Assembly: GCF_023055435.1 (NCBI RefSeq)
Contig: NW_025964372.1
Location: 12,772,001 to 12,836,000, forward strand
Direction of reading: 5' to 3'
DNA from: Haliotis rufescens
Taxonomy: Eukaryota
DNA length: 64,000 nucleotides
Below, piece by piece: positions 36,801-50,936 of this stretch. The notes beneath the pieces are model-generated. The model saw only the letters and a list, made by a program, of their open reading frames with translations. It had not been told where the DNA came from and searched no databases. How positions within the stretch are numbered: the first letter of the stretch is position 1; every line of letters begins with the position of its first letter. The position numbers were made by a program, and so were the translations under genes.

Positions 36801-38935
36801 GCCCCTCATTGTACTCACTCACTCAGCCTGTGTGGCCCCTCATTGTACTCCCTCTGACAGCCTATGTGACCCCTCATTGTACTCACCCACGCAGACCATG
36901 TGGCCCCTCATTGTACTCACTCACTCAGCCTGTGTGGCCCCTCATTGTACTCACTCACTCAGCCTGTGTGGCCCCTCATTGTAATCACTCAGCGTATGTG
37001 GCCCCTCATTGTACTCACTCACTCAGCCTGGGTTGGCCCCTCATTGTACTCACTCACTCAGCCTGTGTGGCCCCTCATTGTACTCACTCAGTCAGCCTAT
37101 GTGGCCCCTCACTGTACTCACTCAGCCTGTGTGGCCCCTCATTGTACTCACTCACTCAGCCTGTGTGGCCCCTCATTGTACTCACTCAGCCTATGTGGCC
37201 CCTCACTGTACTCACTCACACAGCTTGTGTGCCCCTCATTGTACTCACTCAGCCTGTGTGCCCCTCATTGTACTCACTCAGCCTATGTGGCCCCTCATTG
37301 TACTCACTCACTCAGCCTGGGTTGGCCCCTCATTGTACTCACTCAGTCAGCCTATGTGGCCCCTCACTGTACTCACTCAGCCTGTGTGGCCCCTCATTGT
37401 ACTCACTCACTCAGCCTGTGTGCCCCTCATTGTACTCACTCAGCCTGTGTGGCCCCTCACTGTACTCACTCAGCCTGTGTGGCCCCTCATTGTACTCACT
37501 CAGCCTGTGTGGCCCCTCACTGTAATCACTCACTCAGCCTGTGTGGCCCCTCACTGTACTCACTCAGCCTGTGTGGCCCCTCATTGTACTCACTCACTCA
37601 GCCTGTGTGGCCCCTCACTGTACTCATTCAGCCTATGTTGCCCCTCATTGTACTCACTCACTCAGCCTGGGTTGGCCCCTCATTGTACTCACTCACTCAG
37701 CCTGTGTGGCCCCTCACTGTAATCACTCAGCCTATGTGGCCCCTCATTGTACTCACTCACTCAGCCTGGGTTGGCCCCTCATTGTACTCACTCACTCAGC
37801 CTGTGTGGCCCCTCATTGTACTCACTCAGCCTATGTGGCCCCTCACTGTACTCACTCACACAGCTTGTGTGCCCCTCATTGTACTCACTCAGCCTGTGTG
37901 GCCCCTCACTGTACTCACTCAGCCTGTGTGGCCCCTCACTGTAATCACTCACTCAGCCTGTGTGGCCCCTCACTGTACTCACTCAGCCTGTGTGGCCCCT
38001 CATTGTACTCACTCACTCAGCCTGTGTGGCCCCTCACTGTACTCATTCAGCCTATGTTGCCCCTCATTGTACTCACTCACTCAGCCTGGGTTGGCCCCTC
38101 ATTGTACTCACTCACTCAGCCTGGGTTGGCCCCTCATTGTACTCACTCACTCAGCCTGTGTGGCCCCTCATTGTACTCACTCAGCCTATGTGGCCCCTCA
38201 CTGTACTCACTCACACAGCTTGTGTGCCCCTCATTGTACTCACTCAGCCTGTGTGGCCCCTCACTGTACTCACTCAGCCTGTGTGGCCCCTCATTGTACT
38301 CACTCAGCCTGTGTGGCCCCTCATTGTACTCACTCACTCAGCCTGTGTGGCCCCTCACTGTACTCATTCAGCCTATGTTGCCCCTCATTGTACTCACTCA
38401 CTCAGCCTATGTGGCCCCTCATTGTACTCACTCACTCAGCCTGGGTTGGCCCCTCATTGTACTCACTCACTCAGCCTGTGTGGCCCCTCATTGTACTCAC
38501 TCAGCCTATGTGGCCCCTCACTGTACTCACTCACACAGCTTGTGTGCCCCTCATTGTACTCACTCAGCCTGTGTGGCCCCTCACTGTACTCACTCAGCCT
38601 GTGTGGCCCCTCATTGTACTCACTCAGCCTGTGTGGCCCCTCACTGTAATCACTCACTCAGCCTGTGTGGCCCCTCACTGTACTCACTCAGCCTGTGTGG
38701 CCCCTCATTGTACCCACTCACTCAGACGATCTGGCCCCTCACTGTACTCACTCAGCCTGTGTGGCCCATCATTGTACTCAATCAGGCAGCCCATGTGGCC
38801 CCTCATTGTACTCACTCACTCAGACTATGTGGCCCCTCATTGTACTCACTCAGCCTGTGTGGCCCCTCATTGTACTCACTCACTCAGCCAGTGTGGCCTC
38901 TTCTTGTACTCACTCACTCAGGCTGTGTGGCCTAT
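33826..38935. repeat. 30-34-bp minisatellite (cagcctgtgtggcccctcattgtactcact[cact]), 5.1 kb
   Basis: Direct periodicity; length variants differ by one ACTC or one C; internal block duplications. Confidence 0.98.
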
Positions 38936-40937
38936 CATTAATTCCGGTTCATAGCTGACTGCTAAGATAACCTTTACTCCCTCTGACGTCGAAATTTTCG
39001 GAGAGCAGAAAATGAAAGACTAATTTACATAGTCGTATTTGAGGGTCAAGTGAACGTTTGATCCGAAATTTACAGAGTAAATGATCTGGCACTCGATATT
39101 CTCTGGTCAATACTTCACCAAGTGTATGGTCCCGGCCATGGGGTGTCTAATAACACAGCCTGCTCTCATCCATTACTGCACTGCTGGCTTCGGGCACCGG
39201 AAGTGCGAGAATACTCGTCTCAATCCTACATCCGGGCCATAGGGTTCAATATAAGGTCTCGCTCGGAGACGAGATTTGCGTCGATGCGAGAGATTATATG
39301 AGAATATCCTTTTGTATTGCACACTGCTCATAATTGGACTTCAGAAACGAGAGAAGGATAAAAGTGATCATTATTGACAGTTTTTCCACGACACACTCGT
39401 ATTTCATCAAGATGCAACTAATAATAGACTGAACTGATTAACGTGCATAGCGAGAATAGTCCCATAACAGATTATTTAAATGTGATAAGGGAATTTTAAG
39501 AATAATATGCAGCAAAGAATCAATACGTTAGATCAACAACAACAATCATGTTCTAACTGTATCGATTCGAGCCACCGCTATTCCAGATGGTTTTAGTACA
39601 CAGGTGCGATGACGGCCAGCGGTGTATTCATTTCTAATATCAACAATGCTGGTGCCAGATACACCAAAACTGTTTCTTACGACTTCAAAAAGAAATGTTT
39701 ATTGGAAAACGTGTTTTGACAAACAGTGTATTTTGGAATTTATGTATGCAATTAAAGCCTAAGGTTGTGTGAGCAGAGTAAAGACAGCGAGGACCAGACC
39801 GCCGAAATCTGACAATATCTGATCACACATATTGTTCTCGAAGAAATTAGTTGTGAAGTGCCAGAAACGCCCAAATCAGAGCAGTGTATGTGGAAATCAT
39901 TACCTATATACGGCAGGGCAGTCGGTAGCAGTGGCGTGAAATCCGTGATGAACTTACATCCGGACACATAGGCCAGGCGGAGTCGCGGATACAACAGATG
40001 TTGCAATAGACATGATATTGATTGTATTCATTCGTGTTTGTTTCAGTCAGCTGTCTACTTGACAATGGAGGTGATCTTGTTCAATGTGGATTACAATAAT
40101 GAAAGACAGAGAAGCTAACAGGCCAAGCCTGGATTAAGGTAGGAAATTGAATTTTTCAGATTACCTTCCCACGTATTAAATCTTTAGTACTTGTGATATT
40201 TTTCAGAAGAAAAATATGCAATTTACTTTGACATTTTCTCTTTTTAATTATTAACTGTATTTGCGGTGAGGAGTGAGCGATTGGGTGGGGGAATTGTCAA
40301 ACGTACAATTAGTCAAGGGATGTCAGGAAATATATTATTATTTTATATCAGTGAGTATTAATACGTGATTGCATTTTCAATCAGTCTTGTAACGCCATGA
40401 CACAATGATTGTTTCACACCCCTACTCAATCTTTGTGATTTATGGTTGAGAGGTGTGTGGTATACAACTTTATGTTGAAACAGTATCAAGTATCAAACGT
40501 ACGACTGTCCTGCCAGTCAATATGCTGTGTGTCATGCTGTACGTCGCGGCCCCGAGCCTCCCTCATGGACGCGGGACAGGGGGACACAGGGAGGACACAC
40601 CAACTTCTAGTAAATATTACATTTCAGGCATTGCAAAGTTACGGATCGGATTTCTCATTACGTGTATGTTCCAGTTTATGAACCCAAACATAGCCTATTG
40701 ATTCCTACATGAAAATATATAAATTGAATTTACCATTAAAAGAGAGATCCATGGAAACCGGCTACCTCCAGCGGCTATAGATGACACAGCAGTTAACAAG
40801 CGTGAGTGATGGTCAGTCAGTGGCAATCTTGAGCCTGCGCGCTGACCTCCGTCAGGGTCATACAGATGGACGAGATACAGCTCCAGTGTATACGCGGGTC
40901 AAAGAGGGGTTGGTGTGCAGCTGTGCAGCTGTGCGCA

Positions 40938-40997
40938 CCCCCCCCCCAGCCCCCCCCCCCCCCCCCCCCCCCAACACACACACACACACACACACAC
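40938..40997. repeat. poly-C tract followed by (AC)n
   Basis: Seen directly. Confidence 0.95.
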
Positions 40998-41318
40998 TTC
41001 TCTCCATTGTTTTTTAAGAATATCACTTAATCATTCAGTACCATGAAGCTCATTTATTCTGTGATCGTACTTTTCAATATTTTTTTAAAGAAAATGTTCC
41101 CATTCTCTATCTACAGTGTAGAGGCCTGCTGGGAACTTTTACTAAAACATCGACCTGTTCATAAGATTCGAACCCAGATATTGCATGGTGAGTCCACTCT
41201 CTGTGTGTCGCTGCAGCCTTTTGTAAAATTGCCACGTTAAACTGCAGCTTGCGTTACGATTGAGCAGGACTATTGTGAGAGGCCCGAAAGTCTATCACGA
41301 GAATGAACTAAGCGCATG

Positions 41319-41520
41319 TTACAATCCTAAATTCCATGTTGGGTTTTACAATCCTACACTCCATATCAGGTTTAACAATCCTCAACTCCATGTCGGGTTT
41401 AACAATCCTACACTCCATGTTGGGTTTTACAATCCTACACTCCATGTCGGGTTTTACAATCCTACACTCCATGTCGGGTTTTACAATCCTACTCTCTATG
41501 TTTGGTATTATACTCCTAAG
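41319..41520. repeat. 27-bp minisatellite (tacaatcctacactccatgtcgggttt), about 7 copies
   Basis: Direct periodicity; translates as HVGFYNPTL repeats. Confidence 0.93.
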
Positions 41521-42608
41521 TTTCGTGTTTTTTACGCACGTTCTCACATAGTGAGAGGTGGAAGGTTAAGCCCTGCTGTTGTAGTACATAAAAACCCGAC
41601 TGTGCATCGTTACAAGTTCGCTATCTCACAGAAGTGGCTTATATCACGCTGTGATATGCTTGTGTTGAGTATATATACTCTCAGCGTGGACCAACTTCGC
41701 ATGTTGGTCCGTGACGTGTACTGGTGTCGCATTCTAAGGGTATAATCACAGATCGAACTATCGATGCATTGAAGTTGTATCTGATCTGTTGATATATCAA
41801 TACTTGACACCCATTCCGCCCTACAATATCGACTGCTTTAATAGATGTGCACAATACTACGTCTCAGTACCCGTTGCTGTCCAGTAGGAACTAATATCAA
41901 TGCACATTGTTGACTAAAACACGTTGATAATGTAGTATCCGAGGGACCTTGTGTTGTCCCCGGAAGTCTGCCGGATCTGGGGGACAGTGGCCTCATGACG
42001 TCATACGGATCAAGGCAGGAAATATGTAACGTGAGACGGCAACGGCATCTTTTAACTACAGTAGGAGGTGAAATTTCCCCCAAGGCCATCCTATTGATAT
42101 TGAGTTCGGGGGTAACACTGATGAAACACTGAATATGAGATCTTATACAAAGATTCAATATGTTTTACAGTATAAAATATGACTACTTTTCTACAGATAT
42201 ATACACTCACTTGGGACTGATTGACCACGCCTTGTCCAGGTTCCGGCCCGTGTACAGCAAGATTAACAGTGTCAATCATTGCTTAACATAATGTCGTCAT
42301 TCCAAATACTAAAATCTATAGGAAAAAAGTCAAATATACCAAAACACAGATTTTTTCACACTTCTTTATGTAGTATTTCACTAATGAAGTAACAAATTCG
42401 ACTCTATGATGAATTGTTAAATATGTATCTAATATAGGCGTGTGATTGAGTTTAACAGGCAAAAAGATAAAAGACACGGTTGCGTGGGAACGCTATGTTA
42501 AAAATATCGCCATTGATAAGCCAGCTGTTGTGTCGGGCGTGACAGGAGCTGACATTAGTTGCCAGCTGCGTCACACACCTTGTTCAAATTAAAGTTATAC
42601 AGAGACAG

Positions 42609-44943
42609 TATATACACGCCATACATACACGCCATACATACACGCCATATATACACGCCAAACATACACGTCATATATACATGTCATGCATACACGCCAT
42701 ACATACACGCCATACATACACGTCATACATACACGTCATGCATACACGCCAAACATACACGCCATACATACACGTCATACATACACGCCAAACATACACG
42801 TCATATATACATGTCATGCATACACGCCATACATACACGCCATACATACACGTCATATATACATGTCATGCATACACGCCATACATACACGCCATACATA
42901 CACGTCATATATACATGTCATGCATACACGTCATAAATACACGCCATACATACACGTCATATATACACGTCATGCATACACGCCATACATACACGCCATA
43001 CATACACGTCATGCATACACGCCATACATACAGGTCATACATACACGCCATACATACACGCCATACATACACGCCAAACATACACGTCATATATACACGT
43101 CATGCATACACGCCATACATACACGCCATACATACACGCCAAACATACACGTCATATATACACGTCATGCATACACGCCATACATACACGTCATACATAC
43201 ACGCCATACATACACGCCATACATACACGCCATACATACACGCCAAACATACACGCCAAACATACACGTCATATATACACGTCATGCATACACGCCATAC
43301 ATACACGTCATACATACACGTCATATATACACGCCATACATACACGCCATACATACACGTCATGCATACACGCCATACATACACGTCATATATACATGTC
43401 ATGCATACACGCCATACATACACGTCATATATACGTGTCATACATACACGCCATACATACACGTCACATGTACATGTCATGCATACACGCCATACATACA
43501 CGTCATATATACACATCATGCATACAAGCCACCACATACACGTCATACATACACGCCATACATACATGTCATTCATACATGTCATGCAGACACGCCATAC
43601 ATACACGTCATATATACACGCCATACATACACGCCATACATACATGTCATACATACATGTCATGCAGACACGCCATACATACACGTCATATATACATGTC
43701 ATGCATACGCGTCATACATACACGCCATACATACACGCCATACATACATGCCATACATACACGTCATATATACATGTCATGCATACACGCCATACATACA
43801 CGTCATACATACACGTCATATAGACACGTCATATATACATGACATACATACACGCAATACATACACGTCATATATATATTTCATGCATACACGCCATACA
43901 TACACGCCATACACACACGCCATACATACACGTCATATATATATGTCATGCGTACACGCCATACATACACGTCATATATACATGTCATGCATACACGCCA
44001 TACATACACGTCATATATACATGTCATGCAGACACGCCATACATACACGTCATATATACATGTCATGCAGACACGCCATATATACACGTCATATATACAT
44101 GTCATACATACCCTTCATATATACATGTCATGCAGACACGCCATACATACACGTCATATATACACGTCATACATACACGTCATGCATACACGCCAAACAT
44201 ACACGCCATACATACACGTCATACATACACGCCAAACATACACGTCATATATACATGTCATGCATACACGCCATACATACACGCCATACATACACGTCAT
44301 ATATACATGTCATGCATACACGCCATACATACACGCCATACATACACGTCATATATACATGTCATACAAACACGCCATACATACATGTCACACATACACA
44401 TCACACATACACGTCATATATACATGTCATGTACACAGGTACATACACGCCATACATACACGTCATATATACATGTCATGTACAGAGGTACATACACGTC
44501 ATACATACACGCCATACATACACGTCATATATACATGTCATGTACAGAGGTACACACACGCCATACATACACGTCATATACACATGTCATGTACACAGGT
44601 ACATACACGCCATACATACACGTCATATATACATGTCATGTACACAGGTACATACACGCCATACATACACGTCTTACATACACGTCATACATACACGTCA
44701 TACATACACGCCATACATACACGTCATATATACATGTCATACATACACGCCAAACCTAAATGCCATACATACCCTTCATATATACATGTCATACAAACAC
44801 GCCATACATACACATCATACATACACATCACAAATACACGTCTTACATACACGTCATACAAACACGCCATACATACATGTCATACATACACATCACACGT
44901 ACACGTCATATATACATGTCATGTACACAGGTACATACACGCC
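42609..44943. repeat. 13-14-bp minisatellite (catacatacacg[c/t] and variants), left part
   Basis: Direct periodicity; resumes at 47310-47420 after the LINE. Confidence 0.97.
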
Positions 44944-47163
44944 GTAAAGAAACAAAGACAATCTAAGATTGTATATACACACCTCAAGTACAAAGAACGC
45001 TGTTGCAATACACCAGAGGTGTGCAACTTGTGGGCAGACTACTTTGCAGATTTATTATCACCTCTCGACCGGCCGGAGTTTGACAACGACTTTCGTGTTG
45101 AGACGGACTCTAGAATAAACAACATCTCAAAGATACCACTTCTGGACGATGATCCTATACTGAAGAGAGACATAGAAATACACGAACTAAAACGACTGAA
45201 ACAAAGCTTAAAAATGAGAAAGTCACCAGGACCGGACCAAATCACAAATGAACATATCTATTTCGCTGGAGATATGCTTCTAAAACACTTAACTCAACTG
45301 TTTAACATGATGATACGAACATGCTACAGCCCTGCACTGTTGAGATCTGGAACAATTATTCCAATACATAAAGGAAACAATAAGGACAGATCGGATCCTG
45401 CAAATTACAGAGGTAACACTCTGGGAAAACTGTTCGAAAAGATCCTATTAGAGAGAATTGAGAGACATATCAAATATATGGAGCCCGACTTCCCACATAG
45501 ATTACAATGTGGCTTCAGGCGAGAACACGGTGCAAACATAGCTACCTACATACTCAAAGAAGTCATAAATTTCTATACGGAAAGGTCTTCCAACGTATAC
45601 ACTGTGTTTCTTGATAATGAGAAAGCGTTTAAACGCAACTGGCACAATGGACTACTCCTAAAATTATTCATCCTTGGTGTGCAAGGGAAAGCCTGGCATA
45701 TCATACGTCAGTCGTATCACGAATCTACTGCATGTGTCAAATATGCCGGTGAGACAAGTCGAACGTTCCCAATCGGACAAGGTGTAGGACAAGGGCGTGT
45801 CTTATCCGCCTGGATGTTCCTTGTGTATATTAACGAGCTTATAATCCGCCTTGACCATTTGAAACAAGGTGTTATGCTTGGACGTGATCACTTCCCAGTT
45901 GTCCTACTCGCGGATGACACAACTCTCATAAGCTCAACAAGTAGTGGCATATGCATGTCCTTACAGACTGTACATCAATATGCTTGCCAATGGAGATTGA
46001 CATATAATGCAAGAAAAAGCTGTGTTCTGGTGTTTAAAAGTGGAAACAAAATCAACCAACCAGGTTCTTTTAGACTAGGTAACCATATACTGGAAATGAA
46101 ATCGAACACAATATATGCAGGTTCTATTATCAGTACTCATTTAGAATCCGAAAGGACCAGGAGAGCTTGCGCTAAGGCGAGGAAGAATTTGAATTCCCTG
46201 AGAGATATTGGTCTAAGAGCAGGTGGTCTGAACCCAGTCTGCTGTATGAACATATGGCGTAGAGTAATAATTCCAGGTGCCTTCTACGCGTGTGAACTGT
46301 GGTCAAATATGTCCAAGACAGAACACAATGAAATTGAAAAACTCCAGCGCTACTTTGCACGTAATGTACAAAATTTTCATGTAAGATCTTCGACCGTTGC
46401 AACTATTCAGACGCTGGGATTGTGGACAATGACATCCGTGATTGACAAAATGTAGCTGATGTTCCTTGGGAGGATGTGTAGAAGCAGCCACAGATATGCC
46501 CCGAAAAAGGTGTTCTATTTCAAGTGTGCTCAATATATAACAGGCAGTGACAAAAGTAAGTCTGTAACACACGATCTACTCAATGTGGCAAAGAAATATG
46601 AATTATGGACCATAATAGTTCACTTTATGAAAACTAACCAGTTTCCATCCAAGGATGTGTGGAACAAAACCGTACAGACTAAAATAACAGAACATGAAAC
46701 TGCTCATTGGCACACGAGTCTGCGAGATCACCCTGAATTAAAGAGATTTATTAAAATTCACAGTAAGCTTGTACCTCATAGACTGTGGAATATGTGTATT
46801 TTGTACAATATACCAACCAGACCAATGTATGCACTTGTGAAACTAGGAACACTACCAATAACACCTGGACAGTGTTTAATGTGTGATGAGGAGTGCGATG
46901 ACATAATAAAGCACCAACTGCTATGTTGTACAGCTTTAGCTGATGCAAGGAACACCCTCTATGAACATCTATTTGACTCTTTAAACCTCGAACAATACAT
47001 GCGTATTGAGGACTGTGCAGATGACGAAGTCAAACTTGTGACATTGCTGGGTGGTATAACCCCTATTGTAGAGGATATGAGCCTTGACAGATGGGCTGAA
47101 TTCATATCTTCTGTATCACGAGACATAAGCTCCTGGAACCTGCGATCACTGCTCTATCTATAG
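44944..47163 (+). pseudogene. LINE ORF2 remnant: reverse transcriptase plus C-terminal CCHC-like motif
   Basis: Motifs KSPGPDQI, IIPIHKG..DPANYRG, QCGFR, FLDNEKAF, GVGQGRVLS, LADD (45907-45918), YACELW, CLMC-x8-H-x3-C; single in-frame TAG at 46453-46455 joins the two listed ORFs in one frame; short in-frame deletion after NYRG and AFKRNW in place of AFDxVW indicate decay. Confidence 0.95.
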
Positions 47164-47312
47164 ACAGTATATCTCATACCAGGACCAGGACATGTAAATA
47201 TTCAGTATTGCCAATTTCTCTGCATAATATAATGTTCGTGTAAATATGCTGTGTTAACATGATTCAAAATGTATATCACTCTCCGAAATTAATGGAGGAA
47301 ATAAAGATCATT
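44944..47312 (+). mobile_element. 5'-truncated non-LTR retrotransposon (LINE; RTE-X/CR1-group-like) inserted in the minisatellite
   Basis: RT-coding region, ~140-bp 3' UTR, terminus ggaggaAATAAAgatcatt; no endonuclease domain present; clade tentative. Confidence 0.93.
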
Positions 47313-47420
47313 CATACACGTCTTACATACACGTCATACATACATACATACATCATACTTCATACTTACATGTCGTACATACACTTCATACTTACATGTC
47401 GTACATACACTTCGTACTCG
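47310..47420. repeat. Right remnant of the catacatacacg minisatellite
   Basis: catacacgtcttacatacacgtcatacatac continues the array. Confidence 0.88.
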
Positions 47421-47679
47421 AATGTTGCGGACATGACATTACTTAGTGCTGACTTGTGTGTCTCTCGTGACGCCGGCTGTGCCTACTGCCTGGTCCGACA
47501 ACTGTAGTATATTGAGGGCAGCTAGTGTCAGCTCGTGTTTAGAGAGTCGCTCTGATTACGAATGTTCTTTGTTCGAATTATGCGAAGATTTAATGGTTAT
47601 AGCATTTTGTGGTAAAGCATATCATTCCATTGGCTCAGCAGGTTCAGGGAGGTTTCATCGGTCTACAAGCAGGCCTTTT

Positions 47680-47791
47680 GTCCACATGACTCCCAAATCA
47701 GGTCCACATGACTCCCAAATCAGGTCCACATGACTCCCAAATCAGGTCCACATGACTCCAAAATCAAGGTCCACATGACTCCAAAATCAGG
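47680..47791. repeat. 22-bp tandem repeat (gtccacatgactcccaaatcag) x5
   Basis: Seen directly. Confidence 0.95.
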
Positions 47792-47849
47792 GCCCTAAGC
47801 TATTTGTTACCCTATTTTAAAATACAGAGGTAATAAAAATAGTTTGTTT

Positions 47850-47902
47850 CTTTCTTTGTTCTTTTAACGCCGCACTCAGCAATACCCCAGCTACATGACG
47901 GC
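47850..47902 (-). mobile_element. 3' tail fragment of family X
   Basis: ttaacgccgcactcagcaataccccagctacatgacggc. Confidence 0.75.
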
Positions 47903-50881
47903 TAATGACTATAGCCTACCGATTGAAACCGGTCGCTGAAGTAATTCTTGTAACGAACGTTTGTGTAATTTATATAACTCACCTACTGTTGGACACGGGT
48001 TTCACAATCTATTTCGATGCGAAGCTCTTCGCCAACAGCGGATATTGTCTTTGCCAGAATTAGTGTCACGCTGATCTTACCTGCATCAATTGCAGTTATC
48101 ATTACCTGCTCGTAAAGCAAAAAAATAAATTAAATTGTCAAAATATATTGATATTTTACATATGCAAATATGTGGACTCTACCCTGTAAGAACATGTTTT
48201 GGAATGTCTGCCCACTCCCGTATATATACCGTCTATGTATTGCATTCATGTTTTTACTCACGTACCATCCTTCAGTGACTTTGAGAACTGACCGGAACTG
48301 AACTGAACCGTCTTAGACGACAGCGGTGGGTCGCATTGCTCGGACACTCCCCACTCCACGCCATACACGACCAGAAGATGCTGATAAGCGACACTTTCAA
48401 ATGCCTGCAGCTTCTCCTCCATCATGTTTGCTATGTTTCTTTGACAAGTTGTTTAAACGTTGACGTCGATACGCTTTATGATTTTTTCTTTCATTACAAT
48501 GTGTAGGAAACAGTTTCGGAAATGTTGACATCATTGATTCGACATCAAAGCTTAACACACCGCATGACATCGCATTATACAGCGAGTTTTGTCATCATCG
48601 CGCAATGAGAGAAATTGAAAATCTTGTAGTTCTGTCTGAAAAACCTCCTCTACAAACATACATGCTAAAAACTATACATGTCTACAGCATCACGTTGTGT
48701 TTGGTTTCCTATCGATGTAGAAAATTGCAAAACAGTGTTTATCCATCTTGTTCGTCTCGCCTTCTGCACGGGGCATGTTTTATTTCCGAAATTAACACTG
48801 CGGACGTGATATTGACCTCTTCATGATCAATTTCAGCATGTATGAAATCTAGCCAGGCGTACGCGCACCAAGGCTACGGCAGGCCTGGTGCATGAAGGTT
48901 TACGTGGCCGGTAGGTGGCCCTTTGATCAGGTCTGATGATCACACATTTATGTGCACGGTGATTAGCAATCGATTGAAATTGACACTTTCGGCGCTTTGA
49001 AACTGATATGATTGTAATTAGAGAAATGCTACTGACAGGTAAAAGCCGTTGCCTGGGAGTGATTGCGTCCCAGGGATGGGGATACAGCGACGTAGCAATG
49101 AAAATGTGTCACGGTGAGGCCGATACGCTTCGCACGGAACTGCTTATATCCCAACAGTCCGCTAGCATGTTAATTTCATCTAATTGTTAATTTTGGCGCT
49201 GTTGTCGACGAGTACTTGTTTATGATATGTAGTGATACATGCAATGGGTTGTACAGCTGGGTCGGGCGATGTCCGCTATGTCCATCTGCATCCAGTACAA
49301 GGAGGTAGGATGGTCGATCCACGGGACATTTCACTGCAGATGACATGGATCAGTGATGCGGGCACCAGGTCGGGAAATGTGGACAGTTACGACCCACGTG
49401 GGCATGTAAATGAGTATTAGATTTCATGCTATTCAGCCATGTTGATTTCACAAAGAGCACAAACACTGGCAATGAATGACTGGGACCGACTCTGAATGGG
49501 GGAAGAGATTGAAAATTTGAATTATAAAGTTATTTACATAAAAAAGCCATCCATTAATTTATTTTGTGCAGATTGGGAGTACACTATTGATACAGTTGAT
49601 CGTCCCCCAACGTAGGTTTTATATGATGTTAAGCTCGTAAAGGTTATTTATTCCAACAATATGCACGATCTCTTCCAAAATGTATCAAAATGCAAAGTGC
49701 TGACCAAATAGATGATATTTCTAGCTTTATTAAATCGTCTTTCATCAAGTAACAGTTATAAATCAGCATCTGTATTGTGTGGATAGCTAGTTCCCGACTG
49801 CAGAACGCTGTTATTGCGCTACATGTTCACACTCCCCCACATCATCTAATCACCCAATAACAGTATAATGTTTGTGACGAATGAGGTGGAACACGACTAA
49901 GATGGAAATTTGTATACAGTCCAATACATGATCACTGGGTGTGGGTAGTTAATACAACTCCAATTGGTGAAATGGCCCTTTATGAGTGCCAAGATCTTAA
50001 ACATGCATTGTAACGATTTGCGCGTTAACGTAATCTGGATATCAACCCGACGCGCCGTGTGAACCAGTGCGGTATAATGAACGCGTGGTTATTCTTGAGT
50101 CTCATACGTATCACCCTGTCTATCAGAAAACATTGGGTATTGCCGTATTTATCAGAATCCTTGTATTACGTGATATTTTGTTGCCAGTTTAGAAATATCT
50201 ATTTGAGAAGTTAGACTATTAGGGAAGTGAGACGGTTTCGTAATACCGCAACGCTGTTAAGGCAAAGGAGAACCCAAGTCATTTGTATGTGTGACAAGGC
50301 AAAGCCAGCTGGTCCCAGACTGGTTGCTGCTGTGGCCTGTGATACCTTCCCTTCCAGAGCTCAGCTGATCAGCACAACCGTGCATATACTCGACTCTCGC
50401 GGCATCTTTTGACCAGTGTTTTGTGAGATATTGCGATATGAATCCCCCCCCCCCCCCCCCCCCCCCCCGACCATGCTTACAACAAAAAGGACTAAATGTT
50501 GAAAGTATTGAAGTGATGAGCGGTCGACGACGTCACAGTGGAAATACGTCATGTCTCCAGGTGCAGAACTTCTGCAGTTTCATCCATATGCTGTTGTTAC
50601 CGGACGTTGTTCATAACGTAAACTGGCACCTTCGTCCTCAACAGAGTAACCCACACATCAAGTTCATTACGTACATGGTAATTTATATGGTAATGTGATG
50701 TTTTATTGCTGAAGATGACTACTGTGCTGTATCGGGTGTCTGCCCTGAGTACTGACCTTCCTATGTGTATGTCTTCACTGATTCAGGTGTGACTAACCTG
50801 GCTGATCCACGAAGTTCAAAGCATGAACAACACGTACTACCTACTTTCATCTTTAAAGTCATCGACTTCCTCGTCCTCATC

Positions 50882-50936
50882 GTCACGATATGGCTGAAAT
50901 ATTGCCGATGTGACGTAAAGCATTAACTCACTCACT
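50882..50936 (+). mobile_element. 55-bp tail-only retroposon insertion with a 13-bp TSD
   Basis: gtcacgatatggctgaaatattgccgatgtgacgtaaagcattaactcactcact flanked by cctcgtcctcatc at 50869-50881 and 50937-50949. Confidence 0.87.

Noticed and set aside
33703-38958. Long ORFs (up to 684 aa) rich in CVAPHCTHS
   Set aside because: Open in all three + frames because the repeat unit lacks stops; unit lengths of 30/33/34 bp shift frame freely
39190-39295. Promoter suggested by ETS site ACCGGAAGTG and tctcgc..cgaga palindromes
   Set aside because: No downstream exon or CpG-island context; motifs alone are insufficient
42559-44947. 753-aa and other His/Thr/Tyr-rich ORFs
   Set aside because: Translations of a 13-14-bp minisatellite, open in multiple frames
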